Under the pieces are notes generated by a model. That model saw only the letters and a program-made list of their open reading frames with translations. It ran no database searches and was not told the DNA's origin. 64,000 bases of DNA from positions 40,195-104,194 of the forward strand of contig NMRA01000202.1 of assembly GCA_002633005.1 (NCBI GenBank), written 5' to 3'. The stretch comes from Phoronis australis (lineage: Eukaryota > Animalia > Phoronida). Numbering within the stretch: the first letter of the stretch is position 1; each line of letters starts with the position of its first letter. Positions 11,901 through 23,480 of this stretch are shown one piece after another. The position numbers were made by a program, and so were the translations under genes.

Positions 11901-14543
11901 AAACCAACTGTGCATCGATGCCTAGGATCAACCTCATAGATATCGATCTTTCACAAACTCGGAACATCTACATATTGAGGACTGCCATGTACTTTCTACC
12001 TACAAAACATGCGTCCATTGCCGCTTGACCTCAACTGTACCCATAGCAACTATCCACCCACCTGGACTGTCATTATGTGTACAATATATCAGCTGGATGC
12101 ATATGGACCATCTACCCACCTAGACAGTCAATATGCATACAACCAATGGCAGGCGTCAATGAACGTATGGTTAGAAGGTGGACGGTACATAGCTATCCTC
12201 AATGCATGGATGTTCTTAAACGAGAGACTGACCGATATCCACACAATTTTGCAAACATCACATGATGATCCCAAAGCGTGGGCATTCCTCAAGGCATGGA
12301 CAGTCGATATTCCTCAATACATGGATCCAACAGCTGCAGGCAGTTGATGCTAATCCTCGATACGTGGCCCTTCCATGATAAAGAGTTGAACATGCGAACA
12401 GTTGATGGAATCTTGAATGCACCCATCCTTGAACCATCATTATATGGACAGTAGACTGTGATTCTACACGCATGGAAGTCCCTTGATGTGGCAGTGGTGT
12501 GTATGCAAATAGTAAATGGCAAAGACCAATGAGTGAAAACGCAGATTATGGATGGAAGACACAGATCCTGAGATGCATGGAAGTTTCTCCATAATTTGTT
12601 ACCAACTGAACTTATACACTGGAGTCAGTGGAAATCTCAGTTGCTGAATGAGTGCTGTGTTGACAATGTCGATTGCTAGCTCAAAAATACCACGAGTTTT
12701 GAGTCACCAGAAAATCGGTTTCCAGACAGCTTTTGCATCAGGTGCACTCGAATACGACGGGTGTTTGCTCCTCAGTTCATGGTTTGATTTTTGCAATGTT
12801 CTTGCCTTGTGATTTTCGTTACCACATCTTGGGCATGTGGCGATGTATACGAGGGTGAGACTGATCGCTGCAACTAGTCATGAATTGAGCGACTCATTTG
12901 AGAAGACATTTGGCAGTACATGCTTTATGCGTAGTTTTGTCCACGGTTAAGTCAGTAGATTACTCAGTTTCAGTCAGTTTCATTTTTTCTGCTTCTGAAC
13001 TGCTGAAAATGGTTGTGCAAATGATATGATCGGCATATAGACTCGTCCTTTTCATCTGGGTTTGCATATCCACTCAACATTTAATTACATTATCATCGAC
13101 ATTTCAAGTCTGATTTGTGGAGGCACAGCTCCACTGACAGTCAATGGAGGGATTTCTGAGACTTGGTTTGTGGATACTCGATGTTTCAAGAGCTGATTAT
13201 CATACACAGATGCCATCCAATTTTTGTAACAACTGACTGATCTCGTGTTACTCAAGATTTTTGGGACAGCTGTTTAATATATGGAGTGCTGTATCTCAGC
13301 GCCCCTCAACGGATCTTTCAGAAAATAATTAATATGATGATGACATTAATTTTGTCAAGCACTGCATATCCCGTTGCTCAATTAAATTTGCTGTTATCCT
13401 TAGGTGCTACAGGTCCCATTTTTATACAGTTGACATGCAACTTGTTAATAGCTCTAGCTAAATTGTTTTCGGTTGGCACTGGATGCGAGATGACCTGTGA
13501 TGGCCATTTTTCGATATGTCACTTTGCCGAGTTCTGTTCTGCAGCAATATTGGTATGATACTCATGCTCCAGATCACATTTTTCACCAACACCATAATAA
13601 ACTTCACACTCAAGGTTTCTGTAATAGCTCAAGGCTGTTTTATTGTTGCATGATGACGCCAGAGCATCCATTTCTCAGTTTGCTGCTTTGCGGAACCATG
13701 GGCATTTTTTGAAATTTGAGGTGTGGCTGGATAACATCAACTGTTATCTGCAGTTCTAGTCATTTTTTGTTCTTGAGTTATTCGAGATTTTCCACAGAGT
13801 CATCATTTGATTGATTTCGTGTGCTGTATTTCCTGCTTTCCTTCGATACCAGTTACCTAAATTTGACAGGTGGACAATAGATCTCAAGTACCATTTGCCA
13901 TACGCATAACTTTTCTCTCATCAAGTTACTTTTCTCCTCTACTCCAGAATATAGCTGGCAAGATGACGGCTCTTTATTAAATAATTCCACACTGCACATT
14001 TTCTTGTCTATCATAGTCGTGCTACAGGACTTGTTTTACTCAGTAATTCGTTCTTGCATTTGACGTGTCATTAGTTTGGCACATTTTTCTGATGTTAGTT
14101 CAGGTTTTTACCAACATACAGGTATCTTTATGCATCGCTAACCACATTTTGAAACTTCAGTTTTATCTGTCACACTATTGTAGTGTTCATTACATAACAT
14201 TTTGCCGTTTTACTTCGCCAGGTTCATTGACAAGTCATATACCAGTATTTCAATAATTGATAACTTTTTACAGAATTTCTAGTTCATCACACCCATCTTC
14301 ATCGTTACATGGCTGTTTTAGCAGTTACTCAATTCACTTATCCATTCTTCTTTACTTTTTGCCAGTCATTTTACACACTTTGCAAATTCTTCAGTGACCA
14401 TATGGTTTTATTTTTCTCATTTCATTGGTTCATCTCGTTTCTGCACTTTACGTTATGTATTACATATTCATAAACCAGATGCTTTTAGAGAACTGTCATC
14501 AGCCAACTTTGTTTCGTTTCATCTCCTTGAATTCCCTTGTGGC
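8920..14543 (+). repeat. ~2.8 kb tandem duplication (8920-11723 / 11725-14543) joined by a single N; probable haplotype overlap
   Basis: Both copies start aatgatcattaatgcctgg and end attcccttgtggc. They differ by scattered SNPs and small indels, and the junction is exactly the N at 11724. Confidence 0.9.
9078..9480 (-). ncRNA. Shorter paralogue of the double-hairpin-capped palindrome (candidate structured RNA); allelic copy at ~11885-12290
   Basis: 9165-9250 is an imperfect inverted repeat of 9316-9410. The centre (9230-9335) has two degenerate hairpins homologous to 22351-22458 and shares gacagtcaatatgcatac. Confidence 0.4.
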
Positions 14544-14662
14544 AAAGAATTTCTCTTCAACCTTGAAACAGGCAAGACTTTAACCCAGGGAGTGATTATG
14601 AATTTGCCCTGGTATTTCCTCTGTTCATATTTTGATTCGTCTCACTTAACGGCTTCACTTAC

Positions 14663-15027
14663 TTTTTTTTTTTTTTTCACTGTGATATATATTTATTGAA
14701 GGATACACAGAACATACAAAGAAATAATAACAAACCCAGAAACCGCGAAGCATTATATCTGGGTTGTAAACAATTCATAAATGAAACTTATATACATAGA
14801 GATATATACAATTAAGTAGTATCTAAAATAAGTATTCCAATACTTAGACATGCTATTACAGATATATAAAAACAAAAATATTTACAGATTCATGTAGGGA
14901 AATCAGATGCAACAATATTGATAAACGGTATATAAAAATTTGCTAACGTTGCTTAGGAGGAATTCGTTAAGAACAAAGTCAAGGTTAGGACTACCATTCA
15001 GTAATAATGTAACTCTAGTAGGGATAT
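14663..15027 (-). mobile_element. 3' end of a non-LTR retrotransposon (CR1/L2-group-like) with poly(A) tail
   Basis: Minus-strand reading IPTRVTLLLNGSPNLDFVLNEFLLSNVSKFLYTVYQYCCI* (stop at 14903-14905) resembles LINE ORF2 C-termini. It is followed by a 3' UTR stem-loop (aacccaga...tctgggtt), AATAAA and a 15-nt poly(A) (T run 14663-14677). Confidence 0.7.
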
Positions 15028-16323
15028 NTTTCCTCTGTTCATATTTTGATTCGTCTCACTTAACGGCTTCACTTACTAGTCATACCATTTTTCGAATTCA
15101 TCGGTTGGAACACGTACTACAGGTTTCTTTATGTTGCATTTTACTTTTTAGTAGTTATTCGTATTTTATTCATTCATAAAGTTTCCCAATACGTGGGGCT
15201 CAATTATTTCTCTCACTTGATCCGTCACACTCAACCAGTTTGTTTAGATGAGGCATTTTACAGGACTAGTTCATGTTTTTTCAAGTCTTAGAATTGATGT
15301 AGCATTCATTGATTCAACCCATTTCATTGATTTTGTAAATTTTCTCATTTTATTAGTACATCCAATTTTTACATTAGTCCATAATTAATTTGTCACACTC
15401 AACCAGTTTGTTTAGATGTAGCATTTTACAGGACTAATTCCTGTTATTTTTAACTGTTACACTTGATGTAGCATTCATTAATTCAGCCCATTTCACTGGT
15501 ATATTCAATTGTTGCCTTTAACTAAATAACTTTTTTTAACAGCTTCTTAAATGAGTTAAGGGGCTAGCAAACAGTGACTCGATGCTTTTGGCAGGTTCAT
15601 TAGTTTGGCATATTTTACAGGTTAAGTGACACTTCCCTTGCATATGTGTACATTTATGCTTCGTTTATTGCATTTCATAAGTTAATTTTATTTCCCCACA
15701 CATTTTGTTTTCTCACAGCTCATAGGGCTTTTGTTGTTTGTTTGTTGGATTTTACCCATTATTAAAGTCTCCCATTTTATCACAATTAATTTTTCACATT
15801 TCATGGTTACGCTTGATTTATACTATTTTAAAAGATTTTGCTGTTAACTTGTCTTCATTAGTTTACTAACTTTCACATTTTTTGGCTCATTTATTTTTTG
15901 CGTTAAGCCTCGTCTCACTGACATTGACTTCACATTGTCATTAGCATGTTAAGGATTCGTTTGTTTTGCCCAATTTCACCATTTTTTCAAGCCAAGGCTC
16001 CATTTATTTACCTGTTTTTGGTGTCAGTTTTTTGCAGCAATTAAAAGATCTTACTTAATCATTACATTTTACACCTTCATTCTCTCGCTTTGCTGGTTTA
16101 TCATTATTTCATCTCTTTTATTTTTTCGTGGCTTCATTATGTCTGTCACATTTTGCCGTCTTATTAGTTATTATGTGAATTTATTAATTTGTCCCATGAT
16201 AATTCATAAACTGATTACATTTTACAGAATTCTTGATTCATCACACTTCCTGTTTCATGATTGTTTAGCAGTTAATGGACTCACTCGTTCTTTGTACTTT
16301 CGTTGTCTCTTTTTGCTCATTTT

Positions 16324-16488
16324 TCGCTGGCACCTTTTGCAAAGTCTTCAGTGCTGATTATCATTTTATTAGTTTATCTAAACGTTGCACTTTACGCACC
16401 CATTTATTCGCTGGCACCTTTTGCAAAGTCTTCAGTGCTGATTATCATTTTATTAGTTTATCTAATCGTTGCACTTTACGCACCCATT
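16324..16488 (+). repeat. 84-bp tandem duplication
   Basis: tcgctggcacctttt...cactttacgcacccatt occurs at 16324 and 16408. Confidence 0.9.
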
Positions 16489-17362
16489 AATTCGACAATT
16501 CATTAACCAGTTGCACTTAGAGAATTGCCATCAACCCATTTTATTTGATTTCATCTCCTCGAAAGTGAATTATGACAGAAAAATTTGCCATATTGGTGGC
16601 ACAAATAAATTTTAATCTCGCAAAAGCCCAGACTTTAACCATTCAGCGTTCTGGAACTTCCCTAGTTCATTTATTTTTCACATTCTTTCTATCACTCTCA
16701 ACCTCTTGACTTGGTTATGTTATTTTATGAATTCATCATTTGTGTTTAATTTGGATCACCACAGGTTTCTCTGAGTCACATTTGACCGATGCATATTTTA
16801 TTCCTTCATAAATTTTCACGTTTTGTGGTCAGGATTGAATAATTTCTCGGATTTTATTTGTCAAACTCAACCATTTGTTTAGGTGTAAGTTCATGCTTTT
16901 TTCAATTGTTTTTACCTGCATACAGGTGTCTTAATATGTGACCCTCAAATTTTACAGGTTCGTTCTGCTTCGTCACACCCTATAGGGATTGTGGCATTTT
17001 TCACATTCATAAAAGTCTCCAATTCCATTAGTCTATTAATTTTTCACATTTTGTAGTTTCGTTTGAATTTTACTGTTTTACAGGTTTTTGTCATTAAAGG
17101 CGAAGACAACCTTTTTCCATGTCATTTTGAGCTAAAATAAGGTTGGTTGGTTATCCTAGACATATTTTTCACTTAATTACAGCTTTTCGTAATTTTATTA
17201 ATTATTCGTCCGCTTTTCCGGAAGTGACGTTTTAGGAGGCAAGCGCTTCCCGCCAATTTCTTTTCACATAGTCTGACTGTGAGAGCTGCCGAGTCAGTCA
17301 TTGTTCTACCTCGGTTGTGTTAAGTTCCGTCGTCGTTCGCTTTCATTTACTAGTCAGTCAAC

Positions 17363-18432
17363 ATGCCACACTGTTGCTGCGTACCGGGATGTAGTAATTA
17401 TCGGCTCACGCGCGCTTTGGGAGTGCCTTTGCATCGCTTTCCGATGGATGACACACTTCGCCGTACTTGGCTCGTTCGTGTGAAGAACGCAGCGTTACCC
17501 GTCCACGCAACGTACAAAGCAGTGGAGAATTACCGTGTGTGTGGCAAGCACTTTCTGCCGTCCGATTACGAAAGGGATTTGTACGCTGAACTGATGAAGG
17601 TCCCCGCGAAACAACGCTTGAAGAAGGATGCCATTCCGTCTGTGTTGATTCCCGGCAGTGCCCCGTCGCCACCCCCGAGAAGTGCGTTTTTGAAGCGAGA
17701 AGCCTCGCGAGCTGTGGCCAGTACAGTGACTGGAGCCAGTGGAGGCACTTCATCTACTGTCACCCGTGCCTCCGAACGTACCCCAGAGCGTGCAATTCCT
17801 GGAACCAGTAGTGATTCGCCCTGTGCTGTTTTCTCCAGCCCAGAGCCTCTAAGCAGCCCTGCAGCGATATTGAGTAGTGGGAGTGATTACAGGCCCAGTT
17901 CGACACCCAGTGAAGAGGACAGTTCGTCGTCCAGTGAACAGATCGGTGAGCCAAACTTTGATAAGTTTATTGTGGACTTGTCTAAAGTGTTGGAGCTATT
18001 TAGAAGGTGCCAGGTGTGTGGCGAGGGAGTCACGACACAATGTAAATAGTTTGGGTGCTCAGGTCACCATCCAGTGGGAGTGTGTCACGGGACACTCTGG
18101 CAAGTGGGACAGTTGTTCCTCTGTCCGTGGTATGCCGGAGGTCAACTTAACCATGTCCAGTGGTGTGCTCTTCACTGGAAACACGTTTCAGTCGGTGAAG
18201 ACAATGATGGACTTTGGAAAAGTCAAGTTTTTTTTCGAAAACAACATTCAACAACATTCAGAATTCCTATTTAATACCAGTTGTCAATGACGCATACATG
18301 TCACAACATCTCGAGTTGGTGGCGGAATTCATGGAGGAGAACTTGTCTGACTCACCAGGGCGGTCCGCCAAGTATACCACATACACTCTAATGGAGGAAG
18401 AGACCAAAAAGATAATTGATGTGGAACTCGGA
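17363..18432 (+). pseudogene. Kolobok transposase (THAP plus N-terminal part of the catalytic region), frameshifted and truncated
   Basis: THAP MPHCCCVPGCSN...HRFP...W...RVCGKHF...LKKDAIPS, then KFIV...CQVCG, frameshift, WECVTGH, frameshift in a T run near 18230, then DSPGRSAKYTTYTLME, which matches the Kolobok DSPGHSAKY motif. The usual preceding GDGR appears to be missing. Confidence 0.88.
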
Positions 18433-18674
18433 ACAGCACAAGCATTCAATTGAGGTAGGCATAACAACGCACACAGTGCATTTGCACCAAGATGTGTCAC
18501 CACGTCTGTCTTCAGTAGCCGCCTCGTTTCTCTCAACAGCGTCTGTGCCTGTGTGTACTCTGCCTCGTTGTACTCGGGCTCAAACATGTACCCACCCACT
18601 GAATGTCCGTGAAAAAATTCCTCGTCACCACTGCTGTGAACAAGGTCTCCGTCACTCACACTACTGTCACTGTG
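18425..18674 (-). pseudogene. KolX-like accessory protein (Cys-rich, related to the P2X7 C-terminal ballast region), frameshifted fragment
   Basis: The minus strand reads GGYMFEPEYNEAE and, after a frameshift near 18550, EDRRGDTSWCKCTVCVVMPTSIECLCCSE. The 5' end runs into the N gap. Confidence 0.8.
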
Positions 18675-20547
18675 NNNNNNNNNNNNNNNNNNNNNNNNNN
18701 NNNNNNNNNNNNNNNNNNNNNNNNNNNNNNNNNNNNNNNNNNNNNNNNNNNNNNNNNNNNNNNNNNNNNNNNNNNNNNNNNNNNNNNNNNNNNNNNNNNN
18801 NNNNNNNNNNNNNNNNNNNNNNNNNNNNNNNNNNNNNNNNNNNNNNNNNNNNNNNNNNNNNNNNNNNNNNNNNNNNNNNNNNNNNNNNNNNNNNNNNNNN
18901 NNNNNNNNNNNNNNNNNNNNNNNNNNNNNNNNNNNNNNNNNNNNNNNNNNNNNNNNNNNNNNNNNNNNNNNNNNNNNNNNNNNNNNNNNNNNNNNNNNNN
19001 NNNNNNNNNNNNNNNNNNNNNNNNNNNNNNNNNNNNNNNNNNNNNNNNNNNNNNNNNNNNNNNNNNNNNNNNNNNNNNNNNNNNNNNNNNNNNNNNNNNN
19101 NNNNNNNNNNNNNNNNNNNNNNNNNNNNNNNNNNNNNNNNNNNNNNNNNNNNNNNNNNNNNNNNNNNNNNNNNNNNNNNNNNNNNNNNNNNNNNNNNNNN
19201 NNNNNNNNNNNNNNNNNNNNNNNNNNNNNNNNNNNNNNNNNNNNNNNNNNNNNNNNNNNNNNNNNNNNNNNNNNNNNNNNNNNNNNNNNNNNNNNNNNNN
19301 NNNNNNNNNNNNNNNNNNNNNNNNNNNNNNNNNNNNNNNNNNNNNNNNNNNNNNNNNNNNNNNNNNNNNNNNNNNNNNNNNNNNNNNNNNNNNNNNNNNN
19401 NNNNNNNNNNNNNNNNNNNNNNNNNNNNNNNNNNNNNNNNNNNNNNNNNNNNNNNNNNNNNNNNNNNNNNNNNNNNNNNNNNNNNNNNNNNNNNNNNNNN
19501 NNNNNNNNNNNNNNNNNNNNNNNNNNNNNNNNNNNNNNNNNGAAGCGCTTGCCTCCTAAAACGTCACTTCCGGAAAAGCGGACGAGTAATTAATAAAATT
19601 ACGAAAAGCTGTAATTAAGTGAAAAATATGTCTAGGATAACCAACCAACCTTATTTTAGCTCAAAATGACATGGAAAAAGGTTGCCTTCGCCTTTAATTC
19701 GCATTTGATTGGTTCATTAATTTTCACATTTTTGGTATCATTTGTTTTTCACATTTAGCTTGATAACACTCATCATTTTCAATACGTTGTAACATTTTAT
19801 GGATTTGTTTTTCTCATACCATTTCACCATTTATTTGTTTTCTTGTTACTAATAAATGCATTAACCACTTTCATTCAGAGAATTGACATCAGCTCACCTT
19901 CTTTACTTACAACTCCTTGATACTAGATTTTGACAGAAAAAAATCTCCATATTCATAGCAAAGAACTTACTTTTAGCGTTGCAACAGGCCAGATTTTACC
20001 CATTTAGCAAGTCTGAATATGCCCTGGTATTTCTTCAGTTCATTTATTTTTCACGGCTTATTATACTCAAAGCATTCTTCAGATTCATCCGTCGCGTTCA
20101 GTTTGGACCATTGCAGGTGTAGTTGTGTCGCGTTTAACTGACTCACATTTCATTCACACATTCATTAAAAACTCCCATTCCATTAGTCCATTAACTTTTT
20201 CATACTTCATAGTCTCATTTGATTATACTGGTCTGTTTTACAGGTTCTGTCACTGAATCGTACTTTAATGACTCATTAATTTTCACATTTCTTTGAGTTT
20301 GTTTATTTTTCGCATTTATCTTCGTCACACTCATTGATTTCAAATACAGCATTTTAAGGATTCGGATTCGTCACTTTCATACAATTTCATCATTAGTTTG
20401 TCACATTACTAATTCATTAACCAGTCACTAGGCAAGACTTTACTCAGTTACCAAGTTTGAATTTAATGTCTCGCTGATTCTTCAATTCAGTAGCAACGAT
20501 GGTAATATGCACTCAAATGATATCCTCTGTCGAGAAACACTGAACAC

Positions 20548-20715
20548 AAAAGTTTACCCTTTCATCGAGGACCACTTTACTCATTTCACTTGATTGACAT
20601 TCAGTCATAAAAAATTGATAGAAAAGTTTTACCCTTTTTACGAGAAAGACTTTACCCATTTAACTTGATTGACATCCAGTCGTGAAAATCTCGACAGGAA
20701 GGTTTTACCCTTTTC
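20548..20715 (+). repeat. ~75-bp degenerate tandem repeat (about 2.3 copies)
   Basis: aaRgttt(t)acccttt at ~20549, ~20623 and ~20699; acttgattgacat occurs twice. Confidence 0.75.
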
Positions 20716-21529
20716 ACAGGGAGCGCTTTATCTGGTTAACAAGTCCCAATACTCCTAATTTCCCTGGTTTTTACTAAAAACCAGGGACGCTCTATTGACA
20801 ACCTCCTCATAGTGCACTCTCTACTGCTCAACATCCCCATTTCCCCCAGCCTCACGAAAAAAAACACATAACGCACACACTCACATACGCTGTCGTCATC
20901 ATAACATTCATGTCTCATTGTCACACTCATCCTAAGCAAGCCCACACACACTCGTATTACCTTGCCCATCGATAGCTGTGAATCATAGGCGCTGGTGCTG
21001 GAAGCCACTGGTTGCTGATGGTAGATATAGCCATCTTCAATACCAACCCTGTCTTTGGTAGAGTGAATGACTGAAACTAGGTATAGATATTCCTGAACAC
21101 CTTGACTTCTTTTTATACAACAAGGACATGTCATGACACAGTTCAAGGACTTGAAACTCACTAACAGGTGCAGGTCAGCAGATGGCGATCCAGGTTACCA
21201 TGGATGGTTGGCAGACGACACGTAACCACAGGGCATCATGCTGAAAGGAACACCATTCAGTAATGATCACCAATAAACTACAAGACCAGAGTTACAATCG
21301 CTATCAGGGTGACGTGCAAGTTGAGCCGTGCATGGACGCCAAAACAGAATTTTTGAGAGAATAGGGGATGGATGTTTACCTGAAATGTCAATTTGCTTGC
21401 GCCAGAGACATAATTTTTCACACAACCTTAGTGCACGACCATCAATGCACAAACAATAGTGTGGATATTTCTGAATACGTGGATGTTAAACATGTTAAAA
21501 TTTAGGACTTACACAGCAGAAGTATTGAG

Positions 21530-23480
21530 ACTGAATCAGCAGGAAGTCCTGATCACTTAGAGCTAATTCGGCCATCTTATTGGTGAATTCTCGATCAATT
21601 CATCTGATCCCTTTGCTGTGTATTATGCAATCCCTAGATCAACTGTGCAGGCACCAAAGAATGTCCATACTTCAAAGCCTTCCATCCAATCTCCAAATAA
21701 AGACTGTTCGTACATCGACACCTGATATCAACTGTTCGCATGTCAACCATTCACACATCGAGGAGCATCCATACATCAAAGTTCACCATCTAACACCTGC
21801 ATACCGATCATTCACATATCAAGGCCTGCATCCACACATCGAGGGTCGTCATCTTCTGTCCATAAACCAACTGTTGGCACATCAATGGCTGCCGTCAACT
21901 GTTCGCATATCAATCTTCCAAACACCAGAAGCATCCTAACATCAAAGATGGTCATCTGCTGTATGTATGCCAACCACCCACACATAGTGGATCATCCCCA
22001 TATCCACGATTACAATCAACTGTTCACATATCGACAGCCCACATATTGCGGAACGTCCATTCATTCAAGGATTGGCGTCTACTATCCGTATGTCGACCTT
22101 CCCCATACCGAAAAATGTCCATGCATCGAGGATCACCATCTTCCACACACACGTCAACTGCCCTCACACCGATTAACATCCACTCATCAAGGTTCACCAT
22201 CTACTGGCTACAAACCAACTGTTCCCACAACAACATCTACCATCAGCCATCCGCATACCAATCTTCCTTACATCATGGAACATTTACACAGGTAGAACCA
22301 TCAACTACCATTCACCAACCGATCATGTGTCCACTGATGCCTGCCATCCACTGTACGTATATTGACTGTCCTCCCATTGGGAGGACAGTCACTATACGTA
22401 CAGTCCATTGACCATATGCATATTGACTGTCCCGGTGGGAGGACAGTCAATATGCATACGATCAAGGGCAAGCATCAATGGAAACATGATCAGTGGGAGG
22501 ATGGGAGATGAAGATCCTAGATGTGTGAACATTCCTTGATGTGAGGAAGATCGAAATGCAAACGGGTGATGGCAGGCATGGTTGCGTGAACAGGTGGTCT
22601 GTGGACAGCAAATGGTCATCCTTGACGAGTGGACATTTCTCGATGTGTTGACGGTTGACATGTGTACAGAAGAAGACGATCCTCGATACATGGACATTTC
22701 TCGATATGTGGATGGTCGACATAAAAACAGTAGAGGACAATCCTCGAATGTATGGAAGTTCCACAATGTGTGGGTAGTCGGTACGTAAACAGTCGATGGC
22801 AATCCTGGATATGTGAACGTTCCCCTATGGGTGGATAGTTGACACGCAAACAGTAGATGACAATCCTTGATGTGAGAATGCAACTCAGTGTATGGACGAC
22901 CGATATGCGAACGGTCGATGACAGACATTGATGCGTAAACAATCAGTTTGTGGGCAGACGATGCCAATCCTCCACATCTGGATGCNCGTAAACAGTCGAT
23001 GGCAATCCTGGATATGTGAACGTTCCTCTATGGGTGGATAGTTGACACGCAAACAGTAGATGGCAATCCTTGATGTGAGAATGCAACTCAATGAGTGGAC
23101 GACCAATATGTGAACGGTCGATGACAGACATTGATGCGTAAACAATCAGTTTGTGGGCAGACGATGCCAATCCTCCACATCTGGATGCTCCTTTGATACG
23201 TGAATGTTCGAAATGCAGACAGTAGATAGTGATCTTCAACGTGTGGATATTCCTCGGAAAGTGGATGGTTGATATACGAACAGTTGACCCAAGGCACCAA
23301 CGCACGGACAGTCGATGCTCAGAAATTAGACAGCAATCTTCGAAGTATGGACATTCGCTGGTACATGCACAGTTGACTCGCAGATGGCACAGTACACACC
23401 ACAGTGATCAACTAGAACGACCTGGAATTCCCCGACATGATGATAGAATTAACGGTTATGACCAGGAATTCTCTGTTCAT
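21530..23480 (-). ncRNA. Long imperfect palindrome (~0.8 kb arms) with a two-hairpin apex; candidate long-hairpin RNA
   Basis: Left arm 21530-22350 is the inverted homologue of right arm 22460-23480 after removing the 22785-22985/22987-23188 overlap at the N. Apex hairpins lie at 22351-22403 and 22415-22458. The arms contain a degenerate 61-bp repeat. Transitions between arms mostly give G-U pairs on the minus strand. Confidence 0.55.

Larger units (their letters stand above)
17098..19693 (+). mobile_element. Kolobok-superfamily DNA transposon, internally deleted
   Basis: TTAA target duplication at 17094-17097 and 19694-19697, AGG...CCT termini, and TIRs of at least 152 bp (17098-17249 / 19542-19693, 2 mismatches). 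Contains a THAP transposase and a convergent KolX-like ORF. Confidence 0.92.
14100..20480. repeat. Degenerate T-rich large-unit tandem repeat, interrupted by the LINE and the Kolobok element
   Basis: Recurrent blocks agagaaYtgNcatcaRc at 14488, 16520 and 19877, gtcacactcaaccagtttgtttagatg at ~15224 and ~15392, and many ttaattttcacatt motifs. Confidence 0.7.

Noticed and set aside
8920-14543. Biological 2.8 kb tandem duplication
   Set aside because: The junction is exactly a single-N contig join and the divergence is allele-like; most likely two haplotypes.
18416-19618. 400-aa and 318-aa ORFs in the ORF track
   Set aside because: They consist almost entirely of N-gap codons.
22785-23188. 200-bp duplication in the right arm of the palindrome
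   Set aside because: It flanks the N at 22986, and removing it makes the two arms about equal in length, so it is probably an assembly overlap.
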